Positions 9,251 to 16,600 of a DNA stretch of 64,000 nucleotides are shown piece by piece. The stretch lies in contig CAMARW010000001.1 of the NCBI GenBank assembly GCA_945860865.1, forward strand, positions 136,154 through 200,153, read 5' to 3'. Below the pieces are notes generated by a model, which did no database searches, was not told the DNA's origin, and saw only the letters and a list, made by a program, of their open reading frames with translations. The position numbers were made by a program, and so were the translations under genes. The first letter of the stretch is position 1. Each line of letters starts with the position of its first letter. The stretch comes from Chitinophaga pinensis. GTDB lineage: Bacteria > Bacteroidota > Bacteroidia > UKL13-3.

Positions 9251-11061
9251 AATACCTAAAAGCATATATATTTTTAATAGTTGGTTTGAACCCAATTTTT
9301 AGCCAAGCACAAGAGTTTTTGCGTTGGAGTGATGAGTTTAATGGGAATAACTTAGATACCAATTTTTGGAGTTACCAGATAGGGAATGGATGTCCTAACT
9401 TATGCGGTTGGGGTAATAATGAACTACAATTTTACAAGCAAGAAAATGTGAAGGTTCAGAATGGTATTTTGAATATTTCTGCTGAAAAAGAAACGGTGGG
9501 TTCAAATACTTATACCTCTGCTCGCATCAGAACATTAAATAAAGTTGATTTTGCCTCTGGTAGAATTGAAGTACGTGCGCGTATACCTGTTGGACGAGGA
9601 TATTGGCCAGCGGTGTGGTTTTTGCCATCTGAAAATCATTATGGTATTTGGCCATTGAGTGGAGAAATAGATTTAATGGAAGCGAAGGGTCAAGAACCGC
9701 AAACAACGCATGGCACCATTCATTATGGCGCCTACGTACCCAACAATAGATATACCGGTAATACCTATTCTTTGAGCAATGGAAGTTTTGCAAGCGATTT
9801 TCATGTTTACACTTTAAAGTGGAACGAAAACGCCATAGAATGGTATGTGGATGATATTTTATATTGTACTAAAACACGCATAAATACCAATCCTTTTTGG
9901 TGGCCGTTTGATAGAAATTTTCATGTAATTATGAACTTGGCTGTGGGCGGTAATTTTTTAGGTAATCCAGATACTTCTACGCCTGATACGGCGAGTTTAC
10001 AGGTAGATTATATAAGAGTTTATCAAGATCTTTCTCAAATTTTTATTAGTGGTCCAGATGCTATTTTACGAAAAGATGTAAACCAGAGTTTTTACACCCA
10101 AAAATTGCCGGGCGCCACTTATTTATGGGAGGTTCCAGCAGGGGCAAAAATTAGAAGCGGCGCTATTTTGGATCAGGCTAAAATAGATTGGGGATTAAAA
10201 AGCGATTCTATTTTTGTTACCATAACCCATAATGGAAAATCAAAGAAGATAGCAAAATGGGTTCGGGCCCTTCCAGATACTTGTGAGGGATTAATAGATA
10301 ATTTGGAGAATCTTAGGAGTGTTTATTGGGTGGGTGGCACAGGAACCTTTGCTGGGAGTATTACCAATCCAGCCAAAGATTCTGTGAATAATAGCAATAG
10401 TGTAAATAGGTATTATAGAAATTCAGGTGTGCCATACGATGCATTGTTGCTCAAGGCTGATGCTATTAAATCAGCAACAGCATTTGAACTGGGAAACATG
10501 GTTCTAAAAATGAAGGTTTATACAACGGCTCCTGTGGGTACAGAATTAAATATAAACTTTGAAAATAGGGCTCGCGCTGGTTCAGATTACCCCATGGGTA
10601 GACGTTGTGTTTTGCAAGCGAAAACTACCAGAAGTAGGGCTTGGGAAGAGCTTACATTTAAATTAATTCTTAAGCCTGATCCAAATACTTTAGATGGTAG
10701 CATAGACCAATTAGTGATGTTGTTGGCGCCAAATACCAATACGAATGATGTGTATTTCTTTGATGATTTTTACCTAGAGGAAAAACCCTGTAAGGATCTG
10801 CAGATAGGCACAAATGAGCTAGAAGGTGGCAATTTCGGAATTAAGGTTTATCCTAATCCGATTACGGATGAATTGCATCTAGATTTGCCTTTTGAGCCCA
10901 ATGCTTTTGAGCTGTTTGATATGCACGGAAAATCCATTATTTCTGTAAGTAATTTAATAGATTTAAATAAGCAATTGCCGGGTATTTCAAGCGGTATATA
11001 TTGGTTGCAAGTAGGAAATGAAACTAAACAAGGGCGAGTTAAATTAGTTAAAACACAATAG
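9247..11061 (+). CDS. GH16 laminarinase-type endo-beta-1,3-glucanase with a CBM-like module and a T9SS C-terminal sorting domain
   Basis: 604 aa. The GH16 catalytic motif E-x-D-x-x-E is present as GEIDLMEAKG, with WSDEFNG upstream. The C-terminus reads KVYPNPITDELHLDL...GIYWLQV...VKLVK, a T9SS CTD pattern. There is an ATGA overlap with the GH3 stop. Confidence 0.85.
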   Translation: MKYLKAYIFLIVGLNPIFSQAQEFLRWSDEFNGNNLDTNFWSYQIGNGCPNLCGWGNNELQFYKQENVKVQNGILNISAEKETVGSNTYTSARIRTLNKVDFASGRIEVRARIPVGRGYWPAVWFLPSENHYGIWPLSGEIDLMEAKGQEPQTTHGTIHYGAYVPNNRYTGNTYSLSNGSFASDFHVYTLKWNENAIEWYVDDILYCTKTRINTNPFWWPFDRNFHVIMNLAVGGNFLGNPDTSTPDTASLQVDYIRVYQDLSQIFISGPDAILRKDVNQSFYTQKLPGATYLWEVPAGAKIRSGAILDQAKIDWGLKSDSIFVTITHNGKSKKIAKWVRALPDTCEGLIDNLENLRSVYWVGGTGTFAGSITNPAKDSVNNSNSVNRYYRNSGVPYDALLLKADAIKSATAFELGNMVLKMKVYTTAPVGTELNINFENRARAGSDYPMGRRCVLQAKTTRSRAWEELTFKLILKPDPNTLDGSIDQLVMLLAPNTNTNDVYFFDDFYLEEKPCKDLQIGTNELEGGNFGIKVYPNPITDELHLDLPFEPNAFELFDMHGKSIISVSNLIDLNKQLPGISSGIYWLQVGNETKQGRVKLVKTQ

Positions 11062-11065
11062 ATTT

Positions 11066-12331
11066 ATGAAGCATGTGCTAGTAATTTGTTTTCTCTTTTT
11101 TTTATTTACAGGCGGGGTGTTTGCACAACCAGTAGCTGTTGCCATTAAAACAGATGAAGCAGGTAATTTTACAATGTTCAGAAATAATACACCTTATTAT
11201 GTAAAGGGTGTAGGCGGACATGTTTATATGGATATTGCACAAGCTTCTGGTGCTAATTCTGTTAGGTTGTGGGGAGCAGAGAATGCAAAGGAGGTTTTAG
11301 ATGAAGCGCATCAGCGTGGGTTAACGGTTATGCTTGGCTTATGGATGCCACCCGAAAGGCATGGTTTTGATTACAGTGATAAATGGGCTTGTTTGGATCA
11401 GTTAAATCAATTTAGAAGCATCGTGAAGCGTTACAAAGACCATCCAGCTTTATTGTTATGGGGTGTAGGTAATGAGGTAGATTTATTTTATACTGATTTT
11501 GCTGTTTGGGACGCAGTACAAAACATAGCAGCTATGATTCATGCAGAAGATAAAAATCACCCTACTTGTGTGGTAACAGCTGGTATTGATGCGCCAGAAG
11601 TTTCACTAATTAAAGAGAAGTGTAAGGATATAGATATCTTAGGTGTAAATACATATGGTGATTTGCCAGCTTTGGCACAAAAAATTCGTTTGTATGGTTG
11701 GAATAAACCCTACATGGTAACAGAATGGGGTCCGAATGGCCATTGGGAGGTGGCTAAAACGAGTTGGTTAGCGCCAATAGAACAAACATCTACAGAGAAG
11801 GCAATTACCTACCAAACACGATACCGGGAACATATATTAGCAGATAGTGCCAATTGCTTGGGGTCTTATGTGTTTTTATGGGGACAGAAACAAGAAACAA
11901 CCCCTACTTGGTATGGTGTTTTTATTGATAATAAATATGGTGAATGTGTGCAGGTATTGCAACAAGAATGGAGCAATAAAACCCCTGAAATGGCAGCACC
12001 CAAAATTAAGCAATATCTTTTAAATGGCATGGCAGCAGCGGCTAGTGTAAAGTTGGCCAAGCGATCCATAGTTTCAGTTTTGCTTGATTTAGAACATTCT
12101 ACAAAAGAAAGTTTGCAATACAAATGGGAGCTTATGCCAGAAAGTGAGTATACGCTTTCGGGTGGAGATGCAGAACGCAAGCCCGATGCCTTGCCTATAA
12201 ACGTTAACAAAAGCGGTAATTTTTTCACCTTTAAAGCTCCCTCCCAAAGCGGCTCTTATCGCTTGTTTGTTTATGTAATGGATAACAAAAACCAAATTGC
12301 TTATGGAAATTTTCCATTTTATGTGAAATAG
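11066..12331 (+). CDS. Clan GH-A TIM-barrel glycosidase with a C-terminal Ig-like domain, GH158-like (putative endo-beta-1,3-glucanase)
   Basis: 421 aa with a signal peptide. The acid/base motif is GVGNEVD (Glu at residue 137 of this ORF). The nucleophile motif is MVTEWGP (Glu at residue 220). The C-terminal ~90 aa form a beta-sandwich-like tail. The gene co-occurs with GH16 and GH3. Confidence 0.55.
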   Translation: MKHVLVICFLFFLFTGGVFAQPVAVAIKTDEAGNFTMFRNNTPYYVKGVGGHVYMDIAQASGANSVRLWGAENAKEVLDEAHQRGLTVMLGLWMPPERHGFDYSDKWACLDQLNQFRSIVKRYKDHPALLLWGVGNEVDLFYTDFAVWDAVQNIAAMIHAEDKNHPTCVVTAGIDAPEVSLIKEKCKDIDILGVNTYGDLPALAQKIRLYGWNKPYMVTEWGPNGHWEVAKTSWLAPIEQTSTEKAITYQTRYREHILADSANCLGSYVFLWGQKQETTPTWYGVFIDNKYGECVQVLQQEWSNKTPEMAAPKIKQYLLNGMAAAASVKLAKRSIVSVLLDLEHSTKESLQYKWELMPESEYTLSGGDAERKPDALPINVNKSGNFFTFKAPSQSGSYRLFVYVMDNKNQIAYGNFPFYVK

Positions 12332-12508
12332 TATTTTACTAATTTGAAGCGTATAAAAATTGATCCGCTGTTAAATTTATAATTCACAATAATTTTAATT
12401 ACAAAATTACAGTGCTAGCAAACGCTGCTTTTGTTTAATTTTGTTGAAGTTTTTTGCCTTTTCTTTAAACTAAATATTGGCTGTATTTACTTTAAATGCT
12501 AATCGCCT

Positions 12509-12535
12509 TATTATTTGCAGTTTATGCAAATAATA
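12509..12535. promoter_or_regulatory. Perfect 11-bp inverted repeat TATTATTTGCA-N5-TGCAAATAATA; candidate operator or weak terminator
   Basis: Read directly from the sequence: arms at 12509-12519 and 12525-12535, with spacer GTTTA. It lies in the 443-bp AT-rich gap between the glucan operon and the rhodopsin gene. Confidence 0.3.
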
Positions 12536-12698
12536 CCTTTTTAGTTTGGAAAAATTGATTTTTTTCATTAAAATAATAAATTTTTTTAAATTTTCGTAAT
12601 ACCTTATTTATGAGCTAATTATTTTTATAAATTTCTTTTTTTTGGACTTTTTTAACCGATTTATTTACAGAAAAGGGAATAATATTAAAAATAAAATT

Positions 12699-12729
12699 TT
12701 TGATTTTAAAACTTAAACAACTAAGCTTG
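12699..12729 (+). promoter_or_regulatory. Putative Bacteroidota sigma-A promoter for the rhodopsin gene
   Basis: TTTG (12699-12702), then 19 nt, then TAAGCTTG (12722-12729). This is one mismatch from the Bacteroides-type -33 TTTG / -7 TAnnTTTG consensus. It sits about 45 nt upstream of the ATG at 12775. Confidence 0.3.
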
Positions 12730-12774
12730 TGTTGATTCTTTTTTTAAATTTATTAAACTAAACAACTTAAACAC

Positions 12775-13509
12775 ATGATGAATTTTTTACTAAACATTGT
12801 GGCAATTCCGGTAGATGATCCAATTGCTTTCACCTTCTTTACTGGCTACATGGCTATGCTTGCAGCTTCAGTATTTTTCTTCTTTGAGCGTTCAAGCGTT
12901 TCTAAAAAGTGGAAATTATCTTTGTTAATTTCTGGTTTAATCACAGGTATCGCAGCAGTACATTACTACTACATGCGTGATTATTATTTGGCTACTGGCC
13001 AAAATCCTACCGCATTGCGTTACATCGACTGGACATTAACTGTTCCTTTGATGTGTGTTGAGTTTTATTTATTAACTAAAGCTGCTGGAGCTAAAATTTC
13101 ATTGTTATGGAAATTATTAGCTGCTTCTGTTTGGATGTTAGTTGCTGGATACATCGGAGAAGCATTTACAGATGGTTCTTCTAGTCATTCAGTAATCTGG
13201 GGCTTCTTATCAACAATCGGTTATGTATATATTTTATACACTGCTTGGTTTGGTGAAGTTGCTCAGTTAGCTGAGAAAAGTGGTAACGAAACAGTTGTTA
13301 AAGGTGTTCGTATTTTAGCTTGGTTTGTATTAGTAGGTTGGGCTATCTACCCTATTGGTTACATGTGTATGCCAGGTGGTTGGTTAAACACAGGTTTAGG
13401 TTGGAGCAGTTCTAACGTAGATTTGTTTTACAACATTGCTGATGCTATCAACAAAATTGGATTCGGTTTAGTAGTTTACAGCGTAGCTGTTGCTAACTCA
13501 AACGACTAA
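12775..13509 (+). CDS. Proteorhodopsin-type light-driven proton pump (microbial rhodopsin, DTE motif)
   Basis: 244 aa with 7 hydrophobic segments. RYIDWTLTVPLMCVE aligns to proteorhodopsin RYIDWLLTVPLLICE. That alignment gives D85/T89/E96 (the DTE motif), Met93 at the L/Q105 tuning position, and His63 (H75 equivalent). NIADAINKIGFGL supplies D223 and the Schiff-base Lys227. Confidence 0.93.
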   Translation: MMNFLLNIVAIPVDDPIAFTFFTGYMAMLAASVFFFFERSSVSKKWKLSLLISGLITGIAAVHYYYMRDYYLATGQNPTALRYIDWTLTVPLMCVEFYLLTKAAGAKISLLWKLLAASVWMLVAGYIGEAFTDGSSSHSVIWGFLSTIGYVYILYTAWFGEVAQLAEKSGNETVVKGVRILAWFVLVGWAIYPIGYMCMPGGWLNTGLGWSSSNVDLFYNIADAINKIGFGLVVYSVAVANSND

Positions 13510-13526
13510 TTAAATTAAAATATTTC

Positions 13527-13559
13527 AAAAAAGGCTGCACTTAGGTGCGGCCTTTTTTG
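13527..13559 (+). terminator. Rho-independent terminator after the rhodopsin gene
   Basis: Hairpin GGCTGCAC-TTAG-GTGCGGCC (one G-U pair) followed by TTTTTTG. Confidence 0.6.
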
Positions 13560-13652
13560 TTTTAGCTTAACATCTTCTTTACAAACAAGTATTGTTTTGG
13601 TAACGTGTAATTTACCATTTGTTAGCATTGTACTCAGAAATTCACAGATGAA

Positions 13653-16600
13653 TTGAAATACAACAATGTTAACAATTTTTACAAACAAAATATGATTAGT
13701 TTATTAAAGAAGAAAGCGCTCTTGCTTGCACTAGCAGCGGGCCTGTCGGGTTTTCTGCAAGCCCAAATTAACATGCAGTTTTCGGGGAGATTTTCTACTG
13801 GGTTTTATGATAAAGCAGCAGCAGAAATTACTGCCTACGATGCAGTAACCAAACGCCTATTTATTACCAATGGCCCAGATTCGAGCTTTAAAATAGTGAA
13901 TGCTAGCAACCCTGCTAACCCTGTTTTAATTAGCTCTATCAGCATCAAGCCTTACGGTATTGACCTTACTTCTGTAGCAGTTAAAAATGGCGTAGTAGCC
14001 ATTACTGTGATAGATTCTTTGGGCAAAACTGAAAATGGTAAAGTGGTATTTTTTGGCGTAAATGGTAACTACTTAAACCAAGTAGATGTGGGCCCAAATC
14101 CAGATATGCTGATCTTTACTCCAGATGGAAAGAAAATACTGGTTGCCAACGAAGGTGAACCTAATGATGGTTATACCATAGACCCAGAAGGTTCTGTTTC
14201 TATAATAGATGTTTCGGGTGGCATTGCCGGTTTGAACCAATCAAATGTGCAACGCGCAGGCTTCACCCAATTTAATACCGGACCTATAGATTATAAAATT
14301 AAGATTACGGGTAGAATACAATCGGGTGGAAACTTTTTACGTAATTCTACAGTTGCTGAAGATTTAGAGCCAGAATATATAGCTGTTTCTGATGATGGAA
14401 ATACCGCTTGGGTTACTTGTCAAGAAAACAATTGTTTGGCCGAGTTAAACATTGTTACCGGAACTTTTACCCGTTTAATTCCACTTGGATTTAAGAACCA
14501 CAATTTGCCTGGAAATGGCTTAGATGCTTCCGATCAAGGTGGTGTTGTAAATATTGCTAACCGTCCGGTTTTTGGTATGTACCAGCCAGATGCCATTGCC
14601 AGTTATAAGGCAGGTAATACTACCTTTTTAGTAACTGCTAACGAAGGTGATGCCCGCGCAGATTGGGGTGCAGCCAATGTAGAGGATGTTAGATTTGGAG
14701 CCGTAACTTACACAGTAGATACCAATAAATTTGGCGGTGCCGCTGCGGTTGCAGCATTAAAAGCAAACACGGCAATGGGCAGGTTAAATGTTTCTAATAA
14801 ATACGGTGATTTTAACAACGACGGTTTATTTGATAGTATTTTTTGTTTTGGTGCAAGGTCTTTCTCTATATGGAATGGAACAACAGGCCAATTAGTTTGG
14901 GATAGCAAAGACCAATTTGAGCAATTAACCAAAACTTTATTCCCAACAAACTTTAATGCAAGCAGCACCAGCAATACTTTAAAAAATAGAAGTGATGATA
15001 AAGGTCCGGAACCAGAAGCCATTACAATTGGTAAAATCTTGGATTCAACTTATGCCTTTATTGGTCTAGAAAGAATTGGTGGTATTATGATTTATAATAT
15101 TACTAACCCAGCTAATCCTTATTTTGTTCAATACGTAAATACGCGTGTTTTCACGCAAACACCAGGTTTAAACTTGGGTGGCGATTTGGCTCCAGAGGGA
15201 ATTATTTTTGTACCTGCTAATCAAAGTGCAAACGGTAAACCTATGTTGGTTGTATCTTTTGAAACCAGCGGAACAGTAGTAATGTTCGAGATAAATAGCC
15301 GTAGCGATTTTCAATTACAAGTATTGCATTCATCTGATATGGAGAGCAGCGTTAGCGCTACTGTTGATGCACCAAACTTTGCTGCTATTGTAGATAAGTT
15401 AGAAGATGAATATCCTAATTCAATTTTACTATCATCTGGTGATAACGTTTTACCTGGTCCATTCCTTTCATCTGGTGAAGATCCTTCGTTACAAACGCCT
15501 TTAAGAACCACTGCCGCTTCTTACTATGCAGGCAATGGCAACCAATTGCGCCCTGCCATTGGTAGAACAGATATTGCTATTATGAACGTTATGGGTTACA
15601 ACGCCTCTGCTATGGGTAACCACGAATTTGACTTAGGAACCACTGAGTTAAACGGACAAATTGGTGTAGATATCAGAAGTAACGGTGCCGATAAAAGATG
15701 GATTGGTGCACAATTTCCTTTTGTTAGCTGTAACCTAAATTATTCGCAAGACGTTAACTTAAGCTATCTATTTACTAACCAAATTTTAAGAGATACTGCT
15801 TTTAAAACAGCAGCTAATATTACTGCTAACAGCCAAAAAAAGGGTATTGCTCCATCGGTTGTTATTGAACGTAACGGACAAAAAATTGGTGTGGTAGGTA
15901 TCACTACTCAAATTTTAGCGCAAATTAGTTCGCCGGGTGCTACTACTATGGTAGGACCATCAAGCAATGATATGCCTGCTTTGGCTCAAATTATGCAGCC
16001 ATTCATCGATTCATTGAGAGTAAAAGAAGGTATCAATAAAATTATTGTATTGTCGCACTTACAGCAAATTAATTTAGAAATTAGCTTGGCTCCACTTTTA
16101 AAAGGAGTAGACATTATTATTGCCGGGGGTAACCATGAGTTATTAGCAGATGGTACAGATAGATTAAGAGGCGGACAAGCTGTTTATGGCACTTATCCAA
16201 TGATGCTAAATAACTTTGATAATGAGCCATTGTTATTAATTAACTCCACTTCTGAGTGGAAATATGTAAACCGTTTGGTTGTTGATTTTGATGTTACTGG
16301 AAAAATTATTGTAAGTGCATTAGATTCTACTATCAATGGTGTTTACGCTGCAGATTCGGCTATGGTAACTCAGTTATACGGTTCGTATGCAGCAGGTTTT
16401 ACTGCGGGTTCTAAAGGACAACAAGTAAGGTTATTATGCGCAGCAGTAGCTAATGTTATCAATTTAAAAGATGGCAATGTATTGGGTAAATCAAAAGTGT
16501 TTTTAGAAGGTCGTCGTAATTTGGTTCGAACCGAAGAAACCAATTTAGGTAACGTATCCTCAGATGCTAATTTGTGGTATGCACAACAATATGATCCTGA

